Shown here one piece after another: positions 47,404 to 57,137 of a DNA stretch of 64,000 nt. The DNA lies in contig OY730476.1 of assembly GCA_963422735.1 (NCBI GenBank), forward strand, positions 832,001 to 896,000, given 5' to 3'. The notes beneath the pieces are model-generated. The model worked only from the letters and a program-made list of their open reading frames with translations, was not told the origin of the DNA and made no database searches. The position numbers and the translations under genes are program-made. The stretch's first letter is position 1; each line of letters begins with the position of its first letter. Source of the DNA: Candidatus Latescibacterota bacterium. Its GTDB lineage: Bacteria; Latescibacterota; UBA2968; UBA8231.

Positions 47404-48927
47404 TTGCAGCAGCGGCTCTCCCCCCTGCTGGCCCCGGCCCTACTCTCAGGCCTGTTCTTCGCAGTTAGCATCCCCAAATTCGATCAGTACTACTTCGCTT
47501 GGATTTGCCTGCTGCCGCTCTTTTTGGCTCGGCACTGGCTGCCTGCCCAAAGCCACTTCGCCCTCGGGCTGGTCGCCGGCCTCGCCTGGTCTACCGGACG
47601 CACCTACTGGATCACCGAGACCTTGCAATTGTACGGTGCCCTCTCCTTGGCGACTGCCGTGGCAACGAATGGGCTGCTCATTGTATACATGGCCCTGTAT
47701 CTGGCCTGTTTTGTCGCAGTGTGCCGCCGCCTAAACTTTTCCTCCCCGCTCTTTGCTTGGTCGGCAGCCGGCGTCTGGGTCATTTTGGAGTGGATGCAAA
47801 ACTGGATGTTGAGCGGCTTTCCCTGGCAGCTATTAGGCTACTCGCAGTACCTCAACCTACCCCTCCTACAATGGGCTGCGATAACCGGCGTCTATGGCCT
47901 GAGTTTCCTCATTGTCCTATTCAACGCCGCGTTGGCCCAAGCCCTCTCGCACCGCGCCTTCATCCCCTATCTGAGCCTGCCTCTTTTCCTGCTGGTCGCC
48001 GTTCATCTATGCGGCTTATATCGGCTGCACAACGTGCCGGATCCGCCATCCGCCACCCTAAAGGTCGGCGTCGTTCAAGGCAATATACCCCAAGACCGCA
48101 AGTGGAAGGTGGACCGGCTAGTTTGGACGGCTCGGCACTACGCCGCACTCACCCGGGACTTGGCGGCCGCGGAAAAACCAGCGCTGATCATCTATCCCGA
48201 GACGGCCCTGCCGCTCTATTTTGGCGACCCCTTGTACGCGGCCTATGTCGATTCGATAACAGCCCTAGCACCGGAGCTAGATACGCCCATGTTGGTGGGC
48301 AGTCTCAAGGGCGATTCGCAAAATCGCACTGCTCCAGTCTATAACCGGGCCTTCCTGCTCAATGCTCAAGGGGAAGTAGTCGATTACGCCGACAAGGTGC
48401 ACTTGGTGCCTTTTGGCGAGTTTCTGCCCTTTCCGGGTATCTTTCAGTATTTGGGGGGGCTTACGGCAGAAAGCGGCATCTTCGCCCACGGGGAAAGGCA
48501 CAAAGTACTGAGGCTTCCGCGCAACAATACCTCATTCGGGGTCTTTATTTGCTACGAGTCCATCTTTCCGGAAATAACCCGTGCGCTGATGGCCCAAGGC
48601 CCGGACTTTCTGGTCAACACCACCAACGACGCTTGGTTTGGCAGCACCGCGGCCCCGCACCAGCACTTTGCACAAGCTGTCCTGCGAGCCGTAGAAAGCG
48701 GGCGGGCCGTAGTCCGCGCCGCCAATACCGGCATTTCCGGCCTAATCGAGCCGAGCGGGCGCATTGCCTATCGCACACCGCTTTTTGCCACCGTGGGCTT
48801 TGCAATAGACGTGCCCTTGTACCAAGGACAGACGATCTACACGCGCTGCGGGGATTGGCCGCTCATGCTCTGCGCCCTCGCGCTAACGCTGGCCGCCGCC
48901 CGCAAAAATCGGCACCGCCCCTCCTAA
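47404..48927 (+). CDS. lnt: Apolipoprotein N-acyltransferase
   Basis: GFPWQLLGYSQ, VQGNI, YPET, K.HLVPFGE, ICYES, TNDAWFG, RAVESGR, RAANTGISG. Confidence 0.95.
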   Translation: MQQRLSPLLAPALLSGLFFAVSIPKFDQYYFAWICLLPLFLARHWLPAQSHFALGLVAGLAWSTGRTYWITETLQLYGALSLATAVATNGLLIVYMALYLACFVAVCRRLNFSSPLFAWSAAGVWVILEWMQNWMLSGFPWQLLGYSQYLNLPLLQWAAITGVYGLSFLIVLFNAALAQALSHRAFIPYLSLPLFLLVAVHLCGLYRLHNVPDPPSATLKVGVVQGNIPQDRKWKVDRLVWTARHYAALTRDLAAAEKPALIIYPETALPLYFGDPLYAAYVDSITALAPELDTPMLVGSLKGDSQNRTAPVYNRAFLLNAQGEVVDYADKVHLVPFGEFLPFPGIFQYLGGLTAESGIFAHGERHKVLRLPRNNTSFGVFICYESIFPEITRALMAQGPDFLVNTTNDAWFGSTAAPHQHFAQAVLRAVESGRAVVRAANTGISGLIEPSGRIAYRTPLFATVGFAIDVPLYQGQTIYTRCGDWPLMLCALALTLAAARKNRHRPS

Positions 48928-50030
48928 ACCGGACAATCGGGAATATCGACCCATCTCCGCTCGGCCGCCGCCTGGAGAATGGAGTCGGCAACGGCCTGCG
49001 CTCGCATCCCATGATAAAACGAGGGTACGCAATCGCGCCCCTCGCGGATGGCACTGACGAATTCCCAAGCTTGGTCGTAGCGGAAGGTCTGCACGGGATC
49101 GCCGACGGACGGATCGCGCGGCGCATTAGGCCGCTTGAGGAACTCTGTGGGCACCGGTCGGCTCTGATAGGGTTCGCCGCGGGGGGCAAAGAGCACCTCG
49201 TGGGGCGCATGCAGTCGATAGACGACCGAGGCATCCTCCCCGTTGAATTCGGCCAAGTCGTGGTCGCCCTTTGGGCCGTAGCCCTTGCTCAGCTTGCCCA
49301 TCTCAAAGACGCCCGTGGTGCCGCTGGCAAATTCGGCGATCCACGCGATCCAATCTTCCACGTCCTGCGGTGGGCACGGCTGGCCTTCGCGGGTCTGATC
49401 CCGCGGCACCAACTGCTTGGCCGCGCTGCACACAGCCTCTATCGGCCCCAGCAAATCCTCGGCAAAATCAAGGCGGTGAATGCCCATATCGCCCAGCTCG
49501 CCCGACCCGGCGTAGCGCTTGTATTGCCGCCAGCCAATGGCCCGCTCTCCCCAGTCTTGCAGGCGCTGGAAACGGGCGTGGCGAATCGGCCCCAAAGCCT
49601 TGGTCTGTACCAAGTGGCGGATGTAGTTCATGGCCGGCACAAAGCGATAGGTAAACGCCGTCATGTGGCGATGCCCCGACGCCTTGCCCCGGGCGTATAT
49701 TTCCCGAGTTTGGGCAAAGTCCATACCTAGGGGCTTTTCGCACAATACGTGGCAGCCGGCACCTAAGGCTTGGACGATCAGCTCGTAGTGGTAGACATTG
49801 GGCACGGCGATGCAGACCGCATCCGGGGACACCGCATCTAAGAGCACCTCCAGCCGGTCAAAAGCGGCCGCAATGCCCCATTCCGCTTGCCGCTTTTGCC
49901 GCAGCGTTTCGTTTGGCTCGCATATTCCAGCGATTTCGACCTCGGGAATCAGCCGCAGCCCTGGATAGTGTACCCCCGCACAGACGCCGCCTGTGCCCAC
50001 CAGCCCTACGCGCAGTGCATCTTGGTTCAT
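48924..50030 (-). CDS. Gfo/Idh/MocA family oxidoreductase
   Basis: VGLVGTG, HVLCEKP, GELGDMGIHRLD. Confidence 0.92.
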   Translation of the reverse strand: MNQDALRVGLVGTGGVCAGVHYPGLRLIPEVEIAGICEPNETLRQKRQAEWGIAAAFDRLEVLLDAVSPDAVCIAVPNVYHYELIVQALGAGCHVLCEKPLGMDFAQTREIYARGKASGHRHMTAFTYRFVPAMNYIRHLVQTKALGPIRHARFQRLQDWGERAIGWRQYKRYAGSGELGDMGIHRLDFAEDLLGPIEAVCSAAKQLVPRDQTREGQPCPPQDVEDWIAWIAEFASGTTGVFEMGKLSKGYGPKGDHDLAEFNGEDASVVYRLHAPHEVLFAPRGEPYQSRPVPTEFLKRPNAPRDPSVGDPVQTFRYDQAWEFVSAIREGRDCVPSFYHGMRAQAVADSILQAAAERRWVDIPDCPV

Positions 50031-50956
50031 ACGACCTCTTTCATTTGCATTTGCATTTGCCTCTCTGCCTCAGCCAGCTTATCGACGAGTTCGTGCAACC
50101 TCGGCAGGTCCTCAGCGGCCACATCCTCGGCAAAAGGTATCACCGGCCCCCCGGCCAGCCCGACCCGCTCCATAGCCGCGTGCAGTGCCGAGCCACTATA
50201 GCGCGCCGCCCGCTCACCGCGCAGATTCTCAAACGGCACCATCTGCTGCCGAATCTCCTCCGCCCCAGCGCACTCCCCCGCCGCAAAGCACTCTAGGAGT
50301 GTCAGGCTCATGCCAGGGACAAAGTTGGCCATCCCCGAGCTAAACCCAACCGCGCCGGCTGCCATATAGTCGATACAGGGATCCTCGGCCATGCCGCAGA
50401 CCATGGCCGCGCTCTCCCCAGCACCGGCGACGATCCGCCGGAACGCCCCTAAGTCGTCAACGGCGTATTTAAGCCCCACCACTTCGTCCAGCCGACACAG
50501 CGCCACTACCTGCTCAACCGGCATGATATCCAAACGGCGCTGATATAGTATCGTGGGCAACTGGGTCTTCTCGGCAATGGCGCGCAGGCCGACGGCAACG
50601 CCTCCGGCTGAGGCCGGCCCGACGATGGGCATAATCATTACCCCGGCAACGCCCAAAGAGCGGGCAATCCGCCCCATTTCCAGTGCCCGACCATACCCCG
50701 GCCCGATCCCCGGCACCACCAACGCCTCCCCGGCTGCCGCCTCCACAAAGGCCCCAACGACGGCCTCGTATTCGTCTAAGGTCATATCGTACACCAGACC
50801 CGTGCCGCACGCCGGCATAATAAAATCGACGCCCCGCTCGCAGAGAAAGCGCACATTGCGGCCAATCCCCGCCAAGTCAATGCCCCGTTCCGCGTCGCGG
50901 GGCGAGATCGCCACAACCAGCACGTTGTGGCACTGTTCCTTTTGCAACATCCGCAT
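50027..50956 (-). CDS. Dihydrodipicolinate synthase family protein (KdgD-like aldolase/dehydratase)
   Basis: CGTG, ILYQR, VVGLKYAV, GAVGFSSG.ANFVP. Confidence 0.85.
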   Translation of the reverse strand: MRMLQKEQCHNVLVVAISPRDAERGIDLAGIGRNVRFLCERGVDFIMPACGTGLVYDMTLDEYEAVVGAFVEAAAGEALVVPGIGPGYGRALEMGRIARSLGVAGVMIMPIVGPASAGGVAVGLRAIAEKTQLPTILYQRRLDIMPVEQVVALCRLDEVVGLKYAVDDLGAFRRIVAGAGESAAMVCGMAEDPCIDYMAAGAVGFSSGMANFVPGMSLTLLECFAAGECAGAEEIRQQMVPFENLRGERAARYSGSALHAAMERVGLAGGPVIPFAEDVAAEDLPRLHELVDKLAEAERQMQMQMKEVV

Positions 50957-50974
50957 AGTATTCTCCTTTATCTG

Positions 50975-51346
50975 CTAGGCCCAGACAGTCTCGGTAGAGG
51001 TTGTGGCGTGTTTATTGTAGTGCTCCAGATAGTCCTCACGGGGCGGGGTAAAAATGTCGAGGATTCGGGCCGGCCCTTCTTCGACGACACCCCAGTGGAC
51101 CACGTTCGGCGGAATCAAGAAGGCGTCGCCCGGGCCAGTGACGCGCTCCTCAGCCCCAATGCGAAAGCGGAAGCGCCCGGCCAGCACCAAGCCAGCCTGC
51201 TCGTGCGGGTGGCTGTGCTCGGGCACTTCACAACCTTCTTTCATGTCCAAAAACGAAAGCATCAGCCGCTCGCCAGCCACCAAGCCGCTGTTGATTTGGG
51301 GAAAAAGCTCTACAGCCGCAAGTTCTGCGGGATTGATAAAGGGCAT
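50975..51346 (-). CDS. Cupin domain protein (KdgF-like)
   Basis: PEHSHPHEQAG, IPPNVVH, LDIFTPPREDY. Confidence 0.9.
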   Translation of the reverse strand: MPFINPAELAAVELFPQINSGLVAGERLMLSFLDMKEGCEVPEHSHPHEQAGLVLAGRFRFRIGAEERVTGPGDAFLIPPNVVHWGVVEEGPARILDIFTPPREDYLEHYNKHATTSTETVWA

Positions 51347-51355
51347 AGTCTCCTC

Positions 51356-52687
51356 CTATTTGACAAAGCTCCGCAACCACGCATCGCCGCGATAGCGCGG
51401 CCACAGCGTAACAAAGCGACCAACCATCAGGCCGCTATAGGCCATCCAAGCACCAGCTAACTCCCAATCCAACCAGTATATAAAAACCAACGCCGAAGGG
51501 AAAAACACTCCAAAGGTGGCCAGCGCCATAGCCTTGAACAGATACCCCATATCGCTAGCGCCAATAAAAATTCCGTCAAAGACGAAGACCACGGCGTTCA
51601 ACGGTTGGAGCAGAGCGATGAGTACATAGAGCGCGCCGACCTGTTCTACGACTTCCCGATGCGGAGTAAACAGCGCGGCAATAGGCCCCAAGGCCGCCAA
51701 GTAAGCCAAGCCAAACCCCGCTCCCAAACCCAAGCCCCAGCAGATGATCCGCCAAGCGATTTGCCGGGCCTCAGAAAAAAGATGTCCCCCTAGGCAGCGG
51801 CCAACTAGCGTCTCAGCGGCGTGGGCAAAGCCGTCCACGGCGAAGCTAGTCAGCCCCCAGAACTGCAAAATCACGGCGTTGGCCGCCAGCGGTGCTTCGC
51901 CCATCCGTGAGATCATGCCGAGCATAAAAAAACCGGCAAGCTGCAGACAGAGGGTGCGGCCGAAGAGGAAGGCATTGGTCTGCAGCAAGCGCTGCATCGC
52001 GTGCAAGTCCCACAGCCTTGTAGGCCACTCCCGTAGATAGGAGCGGTAGCCGTAGAGCAATAAAAAACCCCCGGTGGCCAACGCCGCCGCATTGCCCAGC
52101 ACAGAAGCCCAAGCCGCCCCTTCGACGCCCAGCTTGGGAGCACCCAACTTGCCGTAGATAAGCGCGTAGTCCGCACCGATATTGACCAAGTTGGCAACGG
52201 TCGTAACCCAGAGGGGCGCTATGGCATTGGCAGTTCCGAGAAAAAAGCCGTTGAGCGTCATAACGCTCAGTGCCAGGGGTGCTTCCCACACCCGGATGGC
52301 GAAGTAGCGCAGGCCCCAGTGCTGGACTTGGGGAGACCCGCCGGCCCACTCGAACCCAATCCGGCCGATCCAACCGCCAGCCGCCGCGATCCCCACGCCG
52401 AGGAAGACGGCCACGATTAGCGAGCGGTAGAGCACCCCCGCGCTCTGGCGTCGATCCCCGGCCCCGCAGTACTGGGCCACCAAAGCCGTAGTCCCCATCC
52501 GCAGAAAGGCCAAGCACCAGAATATGGCGTTGAAGATCAAACTGGCCGTAGAGACCGCGCCCATAAAGGCCACTTCCGGCAAATGACCGATCATCGCGGT
52601 GTCGGCAATGCCGATCAGAGGCGTAGATAGGGCAGTGAGGATATTGGGGATGGCGAGGCCGAGGATCCGTCGGTCGAGTGGCTTCAA
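51356..52687 (-). CDS. MATE family efflux transporter (DinF-like)
   Basis: LAIPNILTALSTPLIGIADTAMIGHL, FLRMGTT, DGFAHAAETLVG, DGIFIG. Confidence 0.92.
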   Translation of the reverse strand: MKPLDRRILGLAIPNILTALSTPLIGIADTAMIGHLPEVAFMGAVSTASLIFNAIFWCLAFLRMGTTALVAQYCGAGDRRQSAGVLYRSLIVAVFLGVGIAAAGGWIGRIGFEWAGGSPQVQHWGLRYFAIRVWEAPLALSVMTLNGFFLGTANAIAPLWVTTVANLVNIGADYALIYGKLGAPKLGVEGAAWASVLGNAAALATGGFLLLYGYRSYLREWPTRLWDLHAMQRLLQTNAFLFGRTLCLQLAGFFMLGMISRMGEAPLAANAVILQFWGLTSFAVDGFAHAAETLVGRCLGGHLFSEARQIAWRIICWGLGLGAGFGLAYLAALGPIAALFTPHREVVEQVGALYVLIALLQPLNAVVFVFDGIFIGASDMGYLFKAMALATFGVFFPSALVFIYWLDWELAGAWMAYSGLMVGRFVTLWPRYRGDAWLRSFVK

Positions 52688-52992
52688 TCCTCCGCCTCAG
52701 GTCGCCAGCCAAACCGGTTCAAGTCGATGCGTTGCGCTGTAAAGACAACGCCCTCGCTGGCCAAAAGCTCGTATTGCAACAGATGGAATTTGCCGCCGCT
52801 GCGCGGCGAGACCTTGCCTTGGGCGTTAATGATGCGGTGCCAAGGTAGATCCCATTCCTCGGGCATCCCCGCTAGAGCAAAACCTACTTGCCGCGCCCGC
52901 CCCGGATAGCCGGCCAAGGTCGCGATCTGCCCGTAGGTAGCTACCTTGCCGTAGGGCACACAGGCGATGGTATCGTAGAACGCCCGGCGCAT
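52684..52992 (-). CDS. Alkyltransferase-like protein (ATL/YbaZ, MGMT family)
   Basis: VPYGKVATYGQIA, ARQVG, PWHRI (Trp replaces the catalytic Cys); alternative start 53025. Confidence 0.88.
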   Translation of the reverse strand: MRRAFYDTIACVPYGKVATYGQIATLAGYPGRARQVGFALAGMPEEWDLPWHRIINAQGKVSPRSGGKFHLLQYELLASEGVVFTAQRIDLNRFGWRPEAED

Positions 52993-52999
52993 GGGGCTT

Positions 53000-53224
53000 T
53001 CAGCAGCTAGGCGCTGCGGCCTCATCGCGCCCTTCCAAAAAATCTAGGGCCTTGGCATAGCTGCGCTTCCCCAAGTAGTGGCGCAACATCCGCGGGATTT
53101 CGTTGCCCAGCTCTTGGCCGAGTTCGTCAAGCTGCCGCAGATGATCGGCAATCGACTCGGCCTCGCGGTTGTCGATGGCCGCCATCAGCGCTTGCAATGT
53201 GGTGTGCAATTGATCTAGTGCCAC
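53000..53224 (-). CDS. Small helical hypothetical protein
   Basis: 74 aa, packed in the operon between the cupin and ATL genes; MLRHYLGKRSYAKALDFL. Confidence 0.65.
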   Translation of the reverse strand: MALDQLHTTLQALMAAIDNREAESIADHLRQLDELGQELGNEIPRMLRHYLGKRSYAKALDFLEGRDEAAAPSC

Positions 53225-53227
53225 AAC

Positions 53228-53950
53228 TCAGGCCGCCATGATGAGGTAGGAAAGCCACTCGGCGTGCGGATTGCGAATCGCGTAGCGCATGCCCGGGGGC
53301 AGGTGGATCATATCCCCTTCCCGAATCTCCTGCGCGTCTCCGTCGGCTTCTAAGGTGCCGCTGTTTTCCAGCACGTAATAGACCTGCTCCAGCTCTGTGC
53401 AGCATTGCTCAACCGTCCGTCCGCGCGGCTGGACGGCCTCGCGGTCGATGCAGCGCAGCCCCTGCGTAAAGCCCACCCCCTCCTCGCCGACCGGGCCTAG
53501 CTGGTGCCAGCGCACCGCGCCCGCGCCGTCTCCCACCGCCGGTACGTCGCGCCAGTTGCGGATGGCAAACTCCCCGCTGTTGGCCGCGATTCTTTGGCTG
53601 ATCACGTGGTGTTCGAGCCAGTCCTCGCTGGTGTCGTTAAACATCTGGTGGTGGACGCCCGACGGCAGGTACACCGCGTCGCCCTCCTGCACGGGGAAGC
53701 GCTCCTTGTCAAAGAGCACGTGGCCGCTGCCCGAAAGCACGTAGTACACCTGTTCGAGGTTTTCGTGCTTGTGGTAATCCGAGTTTTTGCGGCCCTGTAG
53801 CGCGTGGCGGGCAAAGCCCTGTAGGCACTTAAGGCGATGGCGCGGATCAGGGTCGTCGTCGCCATCGCGGTCGCGCAGCCCGCCCCAATGCACAGCACTC
53901 AGGTGGGCTATGTTAGGTTGGACGTCGCGCCAATTGATGATGTAGGCCAT
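53228..53950 (-). CDS. Bicupin domain protein
   Basis: Two cupin repeats: H.HENLEQVYYVLSG..GD.VYLPSGVHH and LEQVYYVL..GDMIHLPPG. Confidence 0.85.
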   Translation of the reverse strand: MAYIINWRDVQPNIAHLSAVHWGGLRDRDGDDDPDPRHRLKCLQGFARHALQGRKNSDYHKHENLEQVYYVLSGSGHVLFDKERFPVQEGDAVYLPSGVHHQMFNDTSEDWLEHHVISQRIAANSGEFAIRNWRDVPAVGDGAGAVRWHQLGPVGEEGVGFTQGLRCIDREAVQPRGRTVEQCCTELEQVYYVLENSGTLEADGDAQEIREGDMIHLPPGMRYAIRNPHAEWLSYLIMAA

Positions 53951-53968
53951 GTCTCATTCCTCCTAGGT

Positions 53969-54760
53969 TTACAAAGCGGCAATTTGGCGCATTCGCGCCC
54001 CGAGATCGACGAGCTCCTCGCGGCTGCCGCCCACTTCGTGAATCAGCGTGGAATCGTATCCCACTGCCCGCAGGGCAGCCATGATCGCCGACCAGTCTGT
54101 ATCCCCTTCGAGCAGGTTGACGAAGCTGTGCTCGCTACGGCGAAAATCCTTGAAATGCACCTTTTTGATGCGCGGTCCCAACTCGCGGATCCAGTGCTCT
54201 GGATAGCCATAGGCCATCATGTTAGCCGTGTCGAGGTAGATACCTACCCACTCGCTGCCGATTTCATCGACGAAAAGCCGAGCTTCGCGCGGGCTGAGCA
54301 GGAATTTGTTCCAGACGTTTTCCAAGCCAATGGCCACCCCCATTTCCCCGGCCAAGGGGGCTGTGTCGATCAACGCGTCCCGCAACCTGTCCCAAGCCTG
54401 CTGATAGGTTCCTTCGACTTCTAGTTGGCCCGGGTGCAAAAGCACCCCATCGACCGACAGCGCGCCGGCGATCGCGAGCGAGCGCCGCAAGCACTTGAGG
54501 CACCGCTCGCGCTCGCCGGCATCGCGGCTGAGCAGGTTGCCGCGCTCTGGATACCAGACAATGACGCTGCCGATTTCAACGCCGGCGTCCTCGCATTGCT
54601 GCCCGACCTGCGCGATCTCATTGGCACTCATGTTCGGATCTAGGTCCTTGCCCTCGGCAAAGACCAACTCCACGGCTTGGTAGCCGGCGTCCTCGCACAA
54701 CCGCAGCGTGTCCTCCAGCGACGTGTTCCCCAAAACGATCTGCGTGATCCCTACTTTCAT
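53969..54760 (-). CDS. Sugar phosphate isomerase/epimerase (hexulose-6-phosphate isomerase-like)
   Basis: GLENVWNKFLLSP, YLDTAN, VHFKDF, LLEGDTDW. Confidence 0.9.
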   Translation of the reverse strand: MKVGITQIVLGNTSLEDTLRLCEDAGYQAVELVFAEGKDLDPNMSANEIAQVGQQCEDAGVEIGSVIVWYPERGNLLSRDAGERERCLKCLRRSLAIAGALSVDGVLLHPGQLEVEGTYQQAWDRLRDALIDTAPLAGEMGVAIGLENVWNKFLLSPREARLFVDEIGSEWVGIYLDTANMMAYGYPEHWIRELGPRIKKVHFKDFRRSEHSFVNLLEGDTDWSAIMAALRAVGYDSTLIHEVGGSREELVDLGARMRQIAAL

Positions 54761-54892
54761 AGCACACCTCTATTGAATATATCTAACGCGCTCAGTATGT
54801 TATGGGCTATCACATTCAGCCCGCAATTCGCTTTACGCCGACCCCTTCGGTCGGCGGCTATAACGTTTTACCCCTTCAACGAGGAGAGCAAA

Positions 54893-55825
54893 ATGGCAAA
54901 AAGAAAATCCGCCAAAAGCAAAAAGGGCAAAAAGGACTTTCATATCGGCTTTGTCGGCGTGGGGCGCATGGGGGCCAACATGGCCCGCAACTTCAACGAC
55001 AAGGGCTTCAACATCTCGGCCGTATTCGATGCCAACGGCCGCGCCGCCCGCAGCCTAGCCAAAGAGCTTGGCTGCGCTGCCCCCAAAACCCTGGCCGAAG
55101 TTACGGCCCAATCGGACGTGGTCGTTACCGTGGTCACCGACGACGCGGCCATGCGCTCAATTTTTGCCACTTCTGGCGACTCCCTGTTGGCCAATGCCAA
55201 AGGCACGACCTTTATCAACTGCGCCACCATCTCGCCTGCGGTCCACGTCGAAGTAGAAGAGCGCGCTGCCGCGGTCGGTGCTTCCTCCCTCGAAGGCTGC
55301 ATGGCCTCCAGCATCACCCAAGCGCGCCAAGGCACGCTGTATCTGATGTGCGGCGGCAAGCGCAGCGTCTTCAACCGCGTCCGGCCCATTCTCGACGCCC
55401 TGAGCGTCGATCTGCGCTATATCGGCACTGCCGGCCAAGCAGCCCAAGTCAAGGCCCTCGTCAACATGGTCATGAACATCAACACCGCCGGCTTGGCCGA
55501 GGGGTTGGGCCTAGGACAAGCGCTCGGATTGGACCTGAAAATGCTAATGAAGGTCTTCTCCCAGACCGGCGCTAACTCGCGCGTCCTAGAAACCGACGGC
55601 GAGGACATGACCATCCGCGACCACGAGTGTTATTTTTCCGCGGACCACGCGGCCAAGGATTCTGGCATCGCCCTCGCTCTGGCCCGCCAAAATAAGCTCA
55701 GTCTGCCGCTGGCGCAGGCGACCAAGCGCCAGTACGACAAAATGAAAAAACTGGGCCTCGGCGACTACGACAAATCGGGCATTGCCGAGCTGACCTTTCC
55801 CGGTCGCAAAGGCTCAAAACAGTAG
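54893..55825 (+). CDS. NAD(P)-dependent beta-hydroxyacid (3-hydroxyisobutyrate-type) dehydrogenase
   Basis: IGFVGVGRMGANMA, VKALVNMVMNIN, AAKDSGIA; GAGGAG RBS. Confidence 0.9.
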   Translation: MAKRKSAKSKKGKKDFHIGFVGVGRMGANMARNFNDKGFNISAVFDANGRAARSLAKELGCAAPKTLAEVTAQSDVVVTVVTDDAAMRSIFATSGDSLLANAKGTTFINCATISPAVHVEVEERAAAVGASSLEGCMASSITQARQGTLYLMCGGKRSVFNRVRPILDALSVDLRYIGTAGQAAQVKALVNMVMNINTAGLAEGLGLGQALGLDLKMLMKVFSQTGANSRVLETDGEDMTIRDHECYFSADHAAKDSGIALALARQNKLSLPLAQATKRQYDKMKKLGLGDYDKSGIAELTFPGRKGSKQ

Positions 55826-55870
55826 CTGCTTTCCGAGGGGCAGGTCGCCGCAGACTTGCCCCTTTCTTCG

Positions 55871-56878
55871 CTAGATGCGCCCGTGCCGGATGTCCACCAT
55901 CCGCTGGGTCAACTCAAACCGCAGCCCTTCCCCACTAAAAAATCGCACGAACTCATCGACCATCACCGAGAAATAGCGGCCAAATGTCTCGGGCGCATAC
56001 CAAGCTATGTGGGGGCTGACAAAAACGTTGGGCAGGTGGCGTAAGCAGCTATTGGGGGGCAGCGGCTCTGGGTCGAAGACATCGAGTCCGGCGATTAGCT
56101 CGCCCCGTGCGAGCCGCTGCGTCAGTTCCTCGTAATCCACGACCGGCCCGCGACAGCAATTGATCAAAATGCGGCCGCGGCCCAGCAAATCGAGCGCTCG
56201 CGCACCGATCATTTTTTCGGTCTTGGGCGTGTGTGGGACTTGGACTACGAGGATGTCGGCGTGTTGCAACACCTCGTCGAGCGAGCCGCGCACAATGCCC
56301 AATTCAGCGACCACTTCCTCGGGCAAATACGGGTCGGCGACGCGCAGCTTCACCCGAAAGGGGCCTAGTAATTCGACCAAGTGCTGCCCCACGTGCCCGC
56401 AGCCGACCAACCCGACCTTCTTGCCGGTCAATCCGCCGTGGACAAAGTCGTCGTTGCCCGCCTGCGCCCACTGCTCCTCGCCCGCCATCATCTGCCGATA
56501 GACCGCTGCCCCATTGCGCAGGCACAACAGCATCAGGGCCAAATCCCACTCGGCCACCGGCGCGGCCGAGGCGATATTGTCGGTATCCACGGCCAGCACA
56601 CCGCGCTCCCGAGCGGCCGCCAAGTCGATGCCCGTGCCAAAGCGATCCCCGCTGACGCCGGCGATCCGCAAGTCGGGGGCCCCTTCAAATACCGCTCGCG
56701 TCAGTTCGGGCAGCCGCCCCCCGAGGCGGATCGCGCCTTCACAACCAGCCAACGCCTCAATAAGAGCCCGCTCGGACAGGCACTCCGTCGGCTCGACGAT
56801 CTCGACCACTTGCCCTAAGCGCACCAAGTCCTCTGGCTGCGCATAACCGTGTGGATCCACCAACACTTTAGGTTTCAC
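55871..56878 (-). CDS. D-2-hydroxyacid dehydrogenase family protein
   Basis: VGLVGCGHVG, INCCRG, GLDVFDPEPL, SPHIAW. Confidence 0.92.
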   Translation of the reverse strand: MKPKVLVDPHGYAQPEDLVRLGQVVEIVEPTECLSERALIEALAGCEGAIRLGGRLPELTRAVFEGAPDLRIAGVSGDRFGTGIDLAAARERGVLAVDTDNIASAAPVAEWDLALMLLCLRNGAAVYRQMMAGEEQWAQAGNDDFVHGGLTGKKVGLVGCGHVGQHLVELLGPFRVKLRVADPYLPEEVVAELGIVRGSLDEVLQHADILVVQVPHTPKTEKMIGARALDLLGRGRILINCCRGPVVDYEELTQRLARGELIAGLDVFDPEPLPPNSCLRHLPNVFVSPHIAWYAPETFGRYFSVMVDEFVRFFSGEGLRFELTQRMVDIRHGRI

Positions 56879-57137
56879 CTATCACCTCCTCAATGCACAC
56901 AAGTATCCAGCCGCGCAATTCCCAATTCCCATCAGCCATTGCCCGCCACGTCCAAACGGCCACTAGTCGGCCAGTGCCAAAGGTTTCCATCCGACTTCTA
57001 ACATTAGGCCCAGTGCCGGCACCGCTCGGAGAGGGTGATCATGAAACCCACCGGGCCAAGACCCGGAAGCAGTTTTGATCGCCGCCACTGGACCACAAAC
57101 GTTTTTGTGTTGCTCGGCTTCCCGCGGCCTATCCTCA

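Noticed and set aside
48549-49730. 393-aa plus-strand ORF
   Set aside because: Overlaps lnt out of frame and is antisense to a clear Gfo/Idh/MocA gene.
50038-50062. (CATTTG)n microrepeat
   Set aside because: Coding MQMQM tail of the DapA-like gene; in-frame hexamer with no evident consequence.
56880-57137. 258-bp intergenic region with GCCACTG and GGGAAG words suggesting a cobalamin riboswitch or gene fragment
   Set aside because: The motifs are on opposite strands or in the wrong order, and there is no B12-related downstream gene; an Rfam scan would be needed.
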